Positions 9,426 to 18,951 of a stretch of DNA of 64,000 nucleotides are shown in pieces. Source of the stretch: Candidatus Cloacimonadota bacterium. Its GTDB lineage: Bacteria; Cloacimonadota; Cloacimonadia; Cloacimonadales; TCS61. The stretch is taken from NCBI GenBank assembly GCA_021736135.1, contig JAIPGO010000009.1, forward strand, positions 704 through 64,703. Direction: 5' to 3'. A program made the position numbers and the translations under genes. How positions within the stretch are numbered: position 1 is the stretch's first letter; every line of letters starts with the position of its first letter. The notes under the pieces are model-generated. The model was not told where the DNA came from and did not search any database. It was given only the letters and a program-made list of their open reading frames with translations.

Positions 9426-10598
9426 GTGAAAGCGGTAAGAATAACAGATGACATTTACTGGGTGGGAGCGATAGACTGGGATCTGCGTAATTTTCATGGC
9501 TACCTGACGCAGCGCGGGTCGACCTATAATTCCTATTTAATTATAGATGAGAAAGTGACATTAATAGACAACGTGAAATCCTATATGTTTTCTGAGCAGG
9601 TAGAGCGGATCAGCTCCGTGATAGATCCCGGTAAAATAGACATAATAATCCAGAATCATATAGAGATGGATCATTCGGGCAGTTTACCCTTGATCAAGCA
9701 GTTATGCCCCAACGCAGAGATCTATGCAACGGCTAAAGGTGCCGAGGGATTAAACCGGCATTTCAAGAAGAACTGGGATATTCATGAAGTAAAAAGCGGT
9801 TCGACCTTGAGCCTGGGGAAACGTGAGTTGACATTTGTGCCGACACCCATGGTGCACTGGCCCGATAATATGGTGAGTTATTCCGCAGCCGACAAGATAC
9901 TTTTTTCCAATGATGCATTTGGCCAGCATATTGCCTCGCATGAACGCTTTGATTATGAATATGCCCAGGGGATTCTGGAAGAGGAAGCAGCCAAGTATTA
10001 TGCCAACATCGTTTTACCTTATGGAGCGCAGGTAGTGAAAGCCCTGGAAGCAGTAGGCGGACTGGAAATAGACTGGATACTACCCAGCCATGGGCTTATC
10101 TGGCATGACCGGATACCACGGATGATAGAGCTTTATGATAAATGGTCACATAATAGAACGCAGGAAAAAGCTTTGATCATCTATGATTCGATGTGGGGAA
10201 CCACCGAAATAATGGCAAAAATGATTCATGGTGTATTTGAAGATTCAGGAATAATGGCTCAATTGTTTAATCTGCGTTATACACATATTTCAGATATCAT
10301 GACCAGTATTCTTGATGCACGCTATATATGTCTGGGCTCACCCACATTGAATAACAACATATTACCGACGATGGCATCATTTCTTACGTATTTTAAAGGG
10401 CTGGCACCGAAAAAGCGGATCGGACTTGCCTTTGGTTCTTATGGCTGGGGCGGGCAGAGTATTCCCATACTGGATAGTGCACTGGAAGAAATGAAATTTG
10501 AGAGGCTAAAAGCAATCAAAGTAAAATTTATTCCGGATCCAGAGGAATTGACAGCAGCAGGCGAGCATTTGAAGAAAGAAATTGCAGCTTATAAATAA
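9426..10598 (+). CDS. fprA: Flavodiiron protein (FprA-type O2/NO reductase)
   Basis: GSTYNSY, HIEMDHSG, HWPD, SNDAFG, PSHG plus flavodoxin domain (SMWGTT, FGSYGW). Confidence 0.93.
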   Translation: MKAVRITDDIYWVGAIDWDLRNFHGYLTQRGSTYNSYLIIDEKVTLIDNVKSYMFSEQVERISSVIDPGKIDIIIQNHIEMDHSGSLPLIKQLCPNAEIYATAKGAEGLNRHFKKNWDIHEVKSGSTLSLGKRELTFVPTPMVHWPDNMVSYSAADKILFSNDAFGQHIASHERFDYEYAQGILEEEAAKYYANIVLPYGAQVVKALEAVGGLEIDWILPSHGLIWHDRIPRMIELYDKWSHNRTQEKALIIYDSMWGTTEIMAKMIHGVFEDSGIMAQLFNLRYTHISDIMTSILDARYICLGSPTLNNNILPTMASFLTYFKGLAPKKRIGLAFGSYGWGGQSIPILDSALEEMKFERLKAIKVKFIPDPEELTAAGEHLKKEIAAYK

Positions 10599-10616
10599 TA
10601 AAAGGAGAATGTATTA

Positions 10617-11117
10617 ATGGCAGTAATAAGTTTAAAGGGGAACGTAGTTAACACATATGGCGATTTACCGGTTTTGGACAGCCAGGCCCCGGGATTCCGC
10701 TTAACCAGGAATAATTTAAGTGATGTCGGCCTTCAGGAATATGAAGGCAGCCGGATCGTTATGAATATTTTTCCCAGTCTGGATACATCCGTATGTGCGG
10801 CATCAGTGCGCAGATTCAATGCATTGGCTGAAAAATTACCGGGAGTTTACGTTTTGTGCATATCAGCAGATCTGCCCTTTGCTCAAGCCCGGTTTTGTGG
10901 AGCAGAAGGATTGGAAAAAGTGGAAACGCTCAGCGATTTCCGTTCTCCGCGATTTGGCATTGATTATGGGATCAAGATCAAAGACGGCCCAATGGAAGGA
11001 TTACTGGCAAGAGCCGTGATCGTGATAGAGTTTGATGGTGTGATTGGTTACACGCAACTGGTTCCTGAGATAGTTCAAGAACCTGATTATGATGCAGTAA
11101 TGGCATATTTAAAATAG
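10617..11117 (+). CDS. tpx: Thiol peroxidase
   Basis: FPSLDTSVC and ISADLPFAQARFC motifs. Confidence 0.95.
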   Translation: MAVISLKGNVVNTYGDLPVLDSQAPGFRLTRNNLSDVGLQEYEGSRIVMNIFPSLDTSVCAASVRRFNALAEKLPGVYVLCISADLPFAQARFCGAEGLEKVETLSDFRSPRFGIDYGIKIKDGPMEGLLARAVIVIEFDGVIGYTQLVPEIVQEPDYDAVMAYLK

Positions 11118-11135
11118 AAATATAAGGAGGCAAAA

Positions 11136-11654
11136 ATGAGACTTTCAGAAAAACTTGCCCAGGCAATAAATATTCAGATCAATAAGGAACTGTATTCGGA
11201 ATATTTTTACCTTTCCATGGCAGCATATTTTGAAGCGGAAAACCTGCCGGGATTTGCTAATTTCTTCATTGTGCAGACCCAGGAAGAGCGCTTTCATGTG
11301 ATGAAGTTTTTTCATTATATGCATGAACGCGGAGCACGAGTAAAACTGCTGCCGATAGCAGGTCCGCAGACTGAATTCCAGTCACCGCTGGAAATATTTC
11401 AAATGGCATATAAGCATGAAGTATATGTATCGGACAGTATCAATGAATTGATGGATATTGCCAAAGCAGATAATGATCATGCTTCGCAGGTATTTTTGCA
11501 GTGGTATATAGGCGAGCAGGTTGAGGAAGAAGCGTCAATGGATGATATAGTAAACCGTTTAAGCCGCACAGGAGATAATAACTATGGTTTACTGATGCTT
11601 GACAAAGAGCTGGCGTTGCGGGTATTTACACCCCCGGTAACTCAAACAAATTAA
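11136..11654 (+). CDS. ftn: Non-heme ferritin
   Basis: QINKELYS, EERFH, HE, FLQWYIGEQVEEE. Confidence 0.93.
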   Translation: MRLSEKLAQAINIQINKELYSEYFYLSMAAYFEAENLPGFANFFIVQTQEERFHVMKFFHYMHERGARVKLLPIAGPQTEFQSPLEIFQMAYKHEVYVSDSINELMDIAKADNDHASQVFLQWYIGEQVEEEASMDDIVNRLSRTGDNNYGLLMLDKELALRVFTPPVTQTN

Positions 11655-11665
11655 GGAGGATTATA

Positions 11666-12052
11666 ATGGAAAACACGGCATTAAGAGAAGTTTATTACTG
11701 TGAATTGTGTGGAAATGTGGTGGAAGTGCTAAATGCAGGCGCTAAAGATTTGACCTGCTGCGGACAGAAAATGAATTTACTGGAAGCAAAGACGGAAGAT
11801 GCATCCACAGAAAAACATGTACCTTATATCGAAGAAACAGAAAATGGTGTTCTGGTGAAAGTAGGTCAGAATACTGCTCATCCTATGCTGGATAAGCATT
11901 ACATCAAGTTCATAGAAGTACATACGGAAAGTGAAGTATATCGTCATGAACTCAAACCCGGAGATGAGCCGCAGGCGGAATTTCCGCTAAAGAAATCCAG
12001 GATAAAATTTGCCCTGGAATGGTGTAATCTGCATGGATTGTGGAAGGGTTAA
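11666..12052 (+). CDS. dfx: Desulfoferrodoxin (2Fe superoxide reductase)
   Basis: CELCGN..CCG desulforedoxin domain; EKHVP, HPM, H, CNLHGLW. Confidence 0.95.
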   Translation: MENTALREVYYCELCGNVVEVLNAGAKDLTCCGQKMNLLEAKTEDASTEKHVPYIEETENGVLVKVGQNTAHPMLDKHYIKFIEVHTESEVYRHELKPGDEPQAEFPLKKSRIKFALEWCNLHGLWKG

Positions 12053-12053
12053 A

Positions 12054-12233
12054 ATGGATAACAAGCAGAAAATAATCGAGCTGATGCGCAAGGCGGGACA
12101 GCCCTTGAAAGCAGGTGAAATTGTTGAATTAAGCGGACTGGAAAAAACAGTAGTTGACAAGGTAATGAAGGAATTACAGAAAGAAGAAGCAATAGTATCC
12201 CCAAAACGTTGTTACTGGGAAGCTAAGAAATAA
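12054..12233 (+). CDS. Small winged-helix protein (59 aa)
   Basis: MDNKQKIIELMRKAGQPLKAGEIVELSGLEK...SPKRCYW; tightly packed between dfx and rbr. Confidence 0.75.
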   Translation: MDNKQKIIELMRKAGQPLKAGEIVELSGLEKTVVDKVMKELQKEEAIVSPKRCYWEAKK

Positions 12234-12246
12234 GACAGGAGAAGAC

Positions 12247-12834
12247 ATGGAATTTAAAGAATCAAAAACAGCACTTAATCTGATGAAAGCATTTGCCGGA
12301 GAATCTCAGGCGCGTAACCGTTATTCATATTACAGCCGTATTGCTAATAAAGAAGGCTATCAGCAGATAGAGGCAATCTTTAATGAAACAGCAGAAAATG
12401 AGAAAGAGCATGCCAAGCTTTTTTTCAAAATGCTGTTAAAATATGGAATGAATGAAGAAGTGATCGAGTTGAACGGCGCCGGTTATCCGGTAGCAATGTC
12501 AAGCACACTGAAGAATCTGGAGTATGCAGCCAACGGTGAGAAAGAAGAATGGTCGGAGCTGTATCCGGAATTTGCCAGAATGGCGGCCAGCGAAGGCTAT
12601 AAGGACGTAGCGACTCTTTTTACTTTGATTGCGGCAATAGAAAAGCATCATGAAGAGCGTTACCGTCAACTCTGGAAGAATGTAAAAGACCTGAGTGTAT
12701 TTAAGAAAGATGGCAAAGTTTTCTGGAAATGTCGCAAATGTGGTCATGTTGTAGAGGCTATCGAAGCGCCGGAGAAATGCCCGGTGTGTTCGCATGAACA
12801 GGCGTATTTTGAGATTTTAATAGAGAATTATTAG
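12247..12834 (+). CDS. rbr: Rubrerythrin
   Basis: AFAGESQARNRY, EKEHA, EKHH, C-terminal CRKCG..CPVC. Confidence 0.95.
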   Translation: MEFKESKTALNLMKAFAGESQARNRYSYYSRIANKEGYQQIEAIFNETAENEKEHAKLFFKMLLKYGMNEEVIELNGAGYPVAMSSTLKNLEYAANGEKEEWSELYPEFARMAASEGYKDVATLFTLIAAIEKHHEERYRQLWKNVKDLSVFKKDGKVFWKCRKCGHVVEAIEAPEKCPVCSHEQAYFEILIENY

Positions 12835-12846
12835 ACAGGAGGAATT

Positions 12847-12987
12847 ATGCAAAAGTATATCTGTGATGCCTGTGGTTATATCTATGACCCGGCAGAAAAC
12901 AACAACGTACCGTTTGAAGACCTGCCGGAAGACTGGACTTGCCCCGAATGCGGCGTTGGTAAAGACCTGTTCAGTCCGATGGATTAA
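12847..12987 (+). CDS. Short rubredoxin, 46 aa (absent from ORF track)
   Basis: Hand-translated [46 protein letters not shown]; AGGAGG RBS. Confidence 0.95.
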   Translation: MQKYICDACGYIYDPAENNNVPFEDLPEDWTCPECGVGKDLFSPMD

Positions 12988-13022
12988 ATGGGATTTCTTT
13001 CAGTATGTGATTTAATGGAAAT

Positions 13023-13052
13023 AGAAAATGCTGCTTTCGGGCAGCATTTTCT
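13023..13052 (+). terminator. Stem-loop after rubredoxin
   Basis: AGAAAATGCTGC-tttcgg-GCAGCATTTTCT, 12-bp perfect stem. Confidence 0.65.
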
Positions 13053-13097
13053 AAAAGAAAAATTTTAAGATAATATATATACGGAGGATTTTAAAGT

Positions 13098-13550
13098 ATG
13101 AAAAGAGAAGATTTTAAAGCCATAATCGAGTTTGCGATTGAAAGAGAACGCGAGGCAGTAACATTTTACCAGGAATTACAGGAAAAAGTGAAATTCAAGA
13201 GCCAGCAGGAGATGCTAAAAGAACTGGAAATGATGGAACGAGGACATATAACGGTTTTAACCAACATCCTGGAGAAAGGAGCCGAAAACATAGTCCCCAA
13301 AAACGTGGAAGATCTGCACATTAGCGAATACCTGGTTAAGGGAGAGCCATCAGGAGAACTTACATATCAGGATATTTTGATAGTGGCAATGAAGCGTGAG
13401 GAGGCCTCCACGAATCTTTATAAAGACCTGGCGAAACGTTTTAAGGGAACGGAAACAGAAGGCTTATTTCAGAGACTGGCAGAAGAAGAAGGCGGTCATA
13501 AACTGAAATTTGAAAAACTATATGATGAGGAAATTCTGAAAAACAATTAG
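13098..13550 (+). CDS. Ferritin-like/rubrerythrin diiron protein without rubredoxin domain
   Basis: AIERE..FY, E.GH, AMKREE..LY, EE.GH. Confidence 0.85.
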   Translation: MKREDFKAIIEFAIEREREAVTFYQELQEKVKFKSQQEMLKELEMMERGHITVLTNILEKGAENIVPKNVEDLHISEYLVKGEPSGELTYQDILIVAMKREEASTNLYKDLAKRFKGTETEGLFQRLAEEEGGHKLKFEKLYDEEILKNN

Positions 13551-13560
13551 GAGCGGATCG

Positions 13561-14538
13561 ATGTTAGATTTGCAGGTGAAATATGCCGGCTTGACTTTGC
13601 CAAGCCCTGTAATTGCGGGCTCCAGTGGTTTAAGCAGAAACCTGGAGACAGTGAAAGCTTTAGCAGCGGCAGGTGCAGGCGCGATTGTATTACCCTCACT
13701 ATTTGAAGAGCAGATAGAAAGGGAAATTGCTACCCTGGAAACAGAAAGCGCTTATACGGAAGGACAGGAAATGCTGGAATATTTCCAGAAACAGCATGCC
13801 CTGGAAGAATATCTGGGGATGATAAAAAGAACGAAAGAGGCTGTGGAGATTCCCGTAATTGCCAGCATCAATTGTTATCGAGCAGGTTCCTGGATGGAAT
13901 TTGCACATCGGATTGCTACGGCAGGAGCAGATGCTCTGGAACTGAATATTTTTTATTTAACCAGCAATCCGGATATAACAGATAACGAGATCAGGAATAA
14001 TTATCTGACAATTGCCCGTCAGATTGTAAAGGAAATAGATATTCCTGTGATACTCAAAGTTAGCTCCAGTTTTACAAATCTAACCGGGATTATGCGGGAA
14101 CTCTCATTTACAGGAATCGACGGACTGGTGCTTTTTAACCGGTTTGTGAGACCGGATATTGACGTGGAACGCCTGGAAATGCGAACAGCAGAAGTGATCT
14201 CATCCGTTTCTGATATGAGTGCATCTCTGCGCTGGATTGGTATTCTGAGCGATAAAGTTGATTGCGACCTTTGTGCCTCATCAGGAATAAAGAACGGCGA
14301 AGACGTGATAAAGATGCTGCTTGCCGGAGCAAATGCCGTGCAGATGGTGAATGCCCTTTATCTGGAAGGTGCATCTGCAGTAAGCAGCGCTCTTGCTTAT
14401 ATCCGTAAATGGATGGAGCGACATAATTTTTCTGATATTGAGGAATTTCGCGGCAGATTAAGCCAGGATAGCCTTACTGATGCTACTTTATATGAGAGAG
14501 TGCAATTTATAAAGTATTTCTCTGAATATAAAAAATAG
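13561..14538 (+). CDS. Dihydroorotate dehydrogenase-like FMN protein
   Basis: SPVIAGSS, GAGAIVLPSLFEEQ, ADALELN, VLFNRF, SSGI..GEDVIKMLLAGA. Confidence 0.85.
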   Translation: MLDLQVKYAGLTLPSPVIAGSSGLSRNLETVKALAAAGAGAIVLPSLFEEQIEREIATLETESAYTEGQEMLEYFQKQHALEEYLGMIKRTKEAVEIPVIASINCYRAGSWMEFAHRIATAGADALELNIFYLTSNPDITDNEIRNNYLTIARQIVKEIDIPVILKVSSSFTNLTGIMRELSFTGIDGLVLFNRFVRPDIDVERLEMRTAEVISSVSDMSASLRWIGILSDKVDCDLCASSGIKNGEDVIKMLLAGANAVQMVNALYLEGASAVSSALAYIRKWMERHNFSDIEEFRGRLSQDSLTDATLYERVQFIKYFSEYKK

Positions 14539-14554
14539 TCCGAACAGGTAATCA

Positions 14555-15463
14555 ATGTTAAAAAAGCTGTTTCTACAACAGAAGATAATGGACAGGGTGC
14601 TTTATGCACTGATACCCCTTGTCATCTATGGTATATTTCGCTTTGGCTGGCAGGTTCTGGCAATAGTGCTTGTCTCCAATGTTTTTGCCGTATTAACTGA
14701 ATATCTGTTTATCCGCCAAAAGAAAGGCGGCAGGATAAGTGGAGCAGTATGGGTAACGGGGACATTACTGGCTTTGATATTACCGCCAACCTTACCCCTT
14801 TGGATGGCTGCTTTGGGGGCGATAGTGGCAGTATCCTTTGGCAAGATGGTATTTGGCGGATTTGGCATGAATATCTTCAATCCAGCCCTGGTAGGAAGAA
14901 TATTTCTTTTCGTGACATTCCCTCAGCAGATGGGAGCGAGCTGGCAAAATCCCTTTAGGGGTTTTCCGGGAGGATTGGCAGCCTGGAATCATTCTGCAGC
15001 TTTAACATCTGCCACACCGATTGCCGCATTAGGAAACGGGCAGACCAGTTTCTGGAATTTATTTTCAGGTAATACAGCAGGATGTATTGGAGAAGTATCC
15101 ACGCTTTTGATCCTTCTCGCAGGTGTATATCTGATCCTCACCAAAACAGCAAAATGGCAGCCGATGGCTGGAGGGATTATTTCATTCCTGGTTTTCACAC
15201 TGCTTTTTTATGGAGCGAATCCTTTTTACTATTTCGCTGCCGGAGGTGTTGCCTTTGGAATGGTTTTTATGATCACAGACCCGGTGAGTATGCCCAAGGA
15301 TAAAAGAGTGATCTGGATAAATGCTGCCCTGGTAGGTTTTCTGGCGGTAGTGATCCGAAAATATTCCAATTTTGATGAAGGCTTCATGTTTGCGCTTCTC
15401 TTGGGAAATACGTTTTCTCCGCTACTTGATTATGCCTGGGGAAAGAAAAAGGGCGTTAAATAA
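14555..15463 (+). CDS. nqrB: NqrB/RnfD family subunit
   Basis: GKMVFGGFGMNIFNPAL, FMN-attachment SATP, GCIGEVS, FMITDPVS. Confidence 0.85.
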   Translation: MLKKLFLQQKIMDRVLYALIPLVIYGIFRFGWQVLAIVLVSNVFAVLTEYLFIRQKKGGRISGAVWVTGTLLALILPPTLPLWMAALGAIVAVSFGKMVFGGFGMNIFNPALVGRIFLFVTFPQQMGASWQNPFRGFPGGLAAWNHSAALTSATPIAALGNGQTSFWNLFSGNTAGCIGEVSTLLILLAGVYLILTKTAKWQPMAGGIISFLVFTLLFYGANPFYYFAAGGVAFGMVFMITDPVSMPKDKRVIWINAALVGFLAVVIRKYSNFDEGFMFALLLGNTFSPLLDYAWGKKKGVK

Positions 15464-16140
15464 TGAGCAGCCGCACAGCTTTGAAGGAGAAACGGTTATA
15501 TCCGGTTCTTTTTATGCTGATTTTGTCCATAATCCTTACTTCCATTCTAGCACTTTTTTTCGAATTATCAAAAGAAAGAGTTGCTGCTTATCAGGAGCTC
15601 AGTTTTCGACGTGACCTTATCGGATTATTTCAGAAACAGATAAGCGGAATTGACAATAGTAATCTGGCTATGATGGATATTAAGCAGATAAACAGCATCT
15701 ATGAAAGTGCAGTAACTGAGCTGCACATTGCGCCAAAACAGGAGATAATATATTACCAGGTAAAAGACGGCAATCAGCTGATAGGATTCTGTTATCCCTT
15801 CTCAATGAGCGGATTGTGGGGTACTATCAGTCTTCTTGCTGCTGTTGACGTGGATTTTAGCACTATAATGGGAATCAGGATCACTAATCAGAATGAAACT
15901 CCGGGGTTAGGAGGAAGAATTTCCGAAGACTGGTTCCAGCAGCAGTTTGCCGGGCACAGGTTCCGAGCCGGAAATGAATTTCTTACCTGGGAACTGATTC
16001 CGGAAAAATCAGTCCCGCAAAAGGAAGCAATCAGGCAGATAACAGGTGCCACCATCAGCAGTCGTTCAGTTACAGATGGATTGTTAATGAGGTTAAAGCA
16101 GATATATCAATTACAGGTTCCGGCAGGTTCAGATAAATGA
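15463..16140 (+). CDS. nqrC: NqrC/RnfG family FMN-binding subunit
   Basis: N-terminal TM helix, GLWG, ETPGLG, ITGATISS. Confidence 0.85.
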   Translation: MSSRTALKEKRLYPVLFMLILSIILTSILALFFELSKERVAAYQELSFRRDLIGLFQKQISGIDNSNLAMMDIKQINSIYESAVTELHIAPKQEIIYYQVKDGNQLIGFCYPFSMSGLWGTISLLAAVDVDFSTIMGIRITNQNETPGLGGRISEDWFQQQFAGHRFRAGNEFLTWELIPEKSVPQKEAIRQITGATISSRSVTDGLLMRLKQIYQLQVPAGSDK

Positions 16141-16736
16141 AAAAAATTGAAATTTTCCGGCAAAGTGCTTTTAAAGAAAATGCTATTATAATACAAATTC
16201 TGGGGATCTGTTCTGCCCTGGCAGTTACTAACCTGATGCAGAACAGTCTCGTGATGGGGCTTGGCGTCACTTTTACGCTGGCGCTATCCTCAATGACTGC
16301 TTCCCTGATCCGCAATCTCATTCCTTCCCGGGTGCGTATGATGGCACAGACCTTCATCATCGCCTTTTACGTGATCCTGGTTGACCTTTTTCTAAAAGCT
16401 TTCTTACCCGAGGTCAGTCGTCAACTGGGTCCTTATGTTGGGCTTATTATCACTAATTGCATCATAATGGGCAGGCTGGAAGCTTTTGCGGGGAAAAATC
16501 CGCCGCTGGAAAGTTTAGTGGATGGCATAGGCGCCGGAACGGGTTATACGCTGATTCTGCTGACCATATCTTTTGTGAGAGAGCTATTTGGCAATGGGAC
16601 TTTATTTGGCTATAAGATTCTTGGTGAGTGGTGGATCGGCTGGTCGATAATGTCGCTGGCCCCGAGTGCTTTTTTTCTGCTCGCGCTGTTGATCTGGATA
16701 GTGGAATCCCATAAAAGTAAAGCAGGGAGTAAATAA
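16137..16736 (+). CDS. nqrD: NqrD/RnfE family subunit
   Basis: QILGICSALAVT and LIITNCIIMGR.EAFA. Confidence 0.88.
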   Translation: MKKIEIFRQSAFKENAIIIQILGICSALAVTNLMQNSLVMGLGVTFTLALSSMTASLIRNLIPSRVRMMAQTFIIAFYVILVDLFLKAFLPEVSRQLGPYVGLIITNCIIMGRLEAFAGKNPPLESLVDGIGAGTGYTLILLTISFVRELFGNGTLFGYKILGEWWIGWSIMSLAPSAFFLLALLIWIVESHKSKAGSK

Positions 16737-17323
16737 TGGAAATCAACGCTTTTGTCATCTTTTTTGCAGCTATTTTCACGAGTAATATTCTGCTTACTAA
16801 TTTTCTGGGAATGTGTTCTTTTCTCTCTGTTTCCAGGGAAGTTGAATCTGCTTTCGGACTGGGGCTGGCAGTACTTTTTGTGATGATCTTTACAACGGCA
16901 ATAAACTATGCCGTCTATTATCTTATACTTGTGCCTTTTGATATTATTTATCTGCAATATATTATATTTATAATAGTGATAGCCGCTTTTGTGCAGTTGA
17001 CTGAAATGATCCTGGAACGTTTTTCTCCGGTTCTATATTATACACTGGGAATATTTCTGCCCTTGATCACAGTAAATTGCGCCATTCTGGGAGTATCATT
17101 ATTTATGGTCATCCGGCAGTATTCCTTTCTGCAGTCCATAGCTTACGGTGCCGGTTCCGGTCTTGGCTGGCTGCTGGCAATAATGGCTTTGGCCGGGATT
17201 CGTCAAAGACTCAAGATCAAGCAGGTGCCCACCGGTTTACAGGGTGCCGGAATAACGCTTATAATTACCGGCATTATGTCTCTGGCTTTTATCGGATTTT
17301 CCGGTATAGCAGTTATTCAATAG
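16736..17323 (+). CDS. nqrE: NqrE/RnfA family subunit
   Basis: FLGMCSFL and LGIFLPLITVNCAILG. Confidence 0.88.
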   Translation: MEINAFVIFFAAIFTSNILLTNFLGMCSFLSVSREVESAFGLGLAVLFVMIFTTAINYAVYYLILVPFDIIYLQYIIFIIVIAAFVQLTEMILERFSPVLYYTLGIFLPLITVNCAILGVSLFMVIRQYSFLQSIAYGAGSGLGWLLAIMALAGIRQRLKIKQVPTGLQGAGITLIITGIMSLAFIGFSGIAVIQ

Positions 17324-17332
17324 GGAGATGCA

Positions 17333-18433
17333 ATGCTGATACTGATTCTGCAGACAACCGGATTAACGGCACTAATCGCCGGGCTGCTGTCTTTGATACT
17401 CGTAATTGCGGAACGCTATCTGGCTGACTATGGCGAGTGCAAAATAGATATCAATGGTAAACGCAAGGAAGTTGTTAAAGGTGGTTCATCCCTGCTGGCT
17501 ACCCTTAATGAAAAGAAAATTTATCTCGCTTCCGCCTGTGGCGGCAGAGGTAGCTGCGGTTTCTGCAAATGCCTGGTTCTCGATGGTGGCGGGCCCCTGC
17601 TGCCTACGGAAAAACCGTTCCTTACAACTGATGAAATTTCTCAGAATATCCGCTTAGCCTGTCAGGTAAAGATCAAGCAGGATATTAAAATCCAGATACC
17701 GGAAGCCATATTCAATATCAGAAAATACAAGGCTGTTGTGGAAAAGATTGTTGATTTTACTTACGACATCAAGGAGTTGACCTTTCGTCTGCTCGAACCG
17801 GCAACAATTGATTTCAAAGCCGGACAGTATGTGCAACTGCATACCAGAAGTTACGAAAAGATCAAAAATCCTGTTTCCCGAGCTTATTCCATTTCATCTA
17901 ATCCCAGTCAAAGCAATCTACTGCAATTGATAATACGCCGCGTGCCTGAGGGCATCTGCACCACCTGGGTACATGATTACCTGAAAGAAGGCGAAGAAAT
18001 AGAATTCACCGGACCTTTCGGGGATTTTTATATTCGGGAAACTGAGGCAGATATGCTGTTTATTGCCGGAGGTTCCGGGAAAGCGCCCATAAAATCCATG
18101 CTCGAATGGCTGGCCGAAAATAAAAGCCAGCGTCGCATGGTTTATTTTTTTGGTGCCAGGGCGGTACAGGATCTTTATCTGACTGAATATTTCCATGACT
18201 TTGAAAAAAAACTGGCTGATTTTAATTATGTACCGGTTCTTTCACAACCCCTGGAAAATGATAAATGGGAAGGCAGAACAGGTTACATCACCCAATATCT
18301 GACGGAATTTGTGCGGGATTGCGCTAATACGGAAGCATATCTCTGCGGCAGCCCGGCAATGATCAACGCTATGGTCAAAGGCCTGAAGGAATGTGGTATT
18401 AAAGATGAGAAAATCTATTATGACAGTTTCTAA
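17333..18433 (+). CDS. nqrF: NqrF-like membrane-anchored 2Fe-2S/FAD/NAD(P)H oxidoreductase
   Basis: N-terminal TM; SACGGRGSCGFC..RLAC; RAYSI; GGSG; YLCGSP. Confidence 0.85.
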   Translation: MLILILQTTGLTALIAGLLSLILVIAERYLADYGECKIDINGKRKEVVKGGSSLLATLNEKKIYLASACGGRGSCGFCKCLVLDGGGPLLPTEKPFLTTDEISQNIRLACQVKIKQDIKIQIPEAIFNIRKYKAVVEKIVDFTYDIKELTFRLLEPATIDFKAGQYVQLHTRSYEKIKNPVSRAYSISSNPSQSNLLQLIIRRVPEGICTTWVHDYLKEGEEIEFTGPFGDFYIRETEADMLFIAGGSGKAPIKSMLEWLAENKSQRRMVYFFGARAVQDLYLTEYFHDFEKKLADFNYVPVLSQPLENDKWEGRTGYITQYLTEFVRDCANTEAYLCGSPAMINAMVKGLKECGIKDEKIYYDSF

Positions 18434-18447
18434 TTGAGAGGTGAGAT

Positions 18448-18906
18448 ATGAAGCAGACTCCCGATGAAAAAAGCATTCAGCAAAAAATGCAGCCCGGAAA
18501 CCTGACTCTGAAGGGATTTCTGGGAAATGACCAGCGTCACTATCACGAGATCATTGCCGAGGATCTTAAAAAACTCAGCCAGCTGGGTATCACAAAAGAA
18601 CAGGTGGCAGATAAACTTCAGGAACTGACGGAGATGGCTTATGAAAATTTTGAAGGTCTGGCAGAACCGGAACCGGGAATTTCTGTGGAATATATTTCCG
18701 TACGAGGAAAAGTGCTTAGCCCCTTCAGCGGTCAGAAACCTGCTCACAAAGGCGTGATTCACTATCACGACAGCATTCGCAATCTCAGTTTCTGCTGGAC
18801 TCCTCTCAATATTAAAATGATTCGTGATTACGGATTTTTCGAGGGAAAAGGCTCTGACAATCGCCTGGATCCTGAAATTATTTATCTGGCGTTCTTTAAA
18901 GATTAA
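18448..18906 (+). CDS. Hypothetical protein
   Basis: RBS, co-oriented 14 bp after nqrF; motifs GFLG.D.R and GFFEGKGS..RLDP. Confidence 0.7.
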   Translation: MKQTPDEKSIQQKMQPGNLTLKGFLGNDQRHYHEIIAEDLKKLSQLGITKEQVADKLQELTEMAYENFEGLAEPEPGISVEYISVRGKVLSPFSGQKPAHKGVIHYHDSIRNLSFCWTPLNIKMIRDYGFFEGKGSDNRLDPEIIYLAFFKD

Positions 18907-18951
18907 TAAATCAGATTAATCGAAATTCAATTTAAAGGAGTATATGGATTA

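Noticed and set aside
14555-18433. Canonical Rnf operon
   Set aside because: No RnfC or RnfB; the last subunit is an NqrF-type 2Fe-2S/FAD reductase
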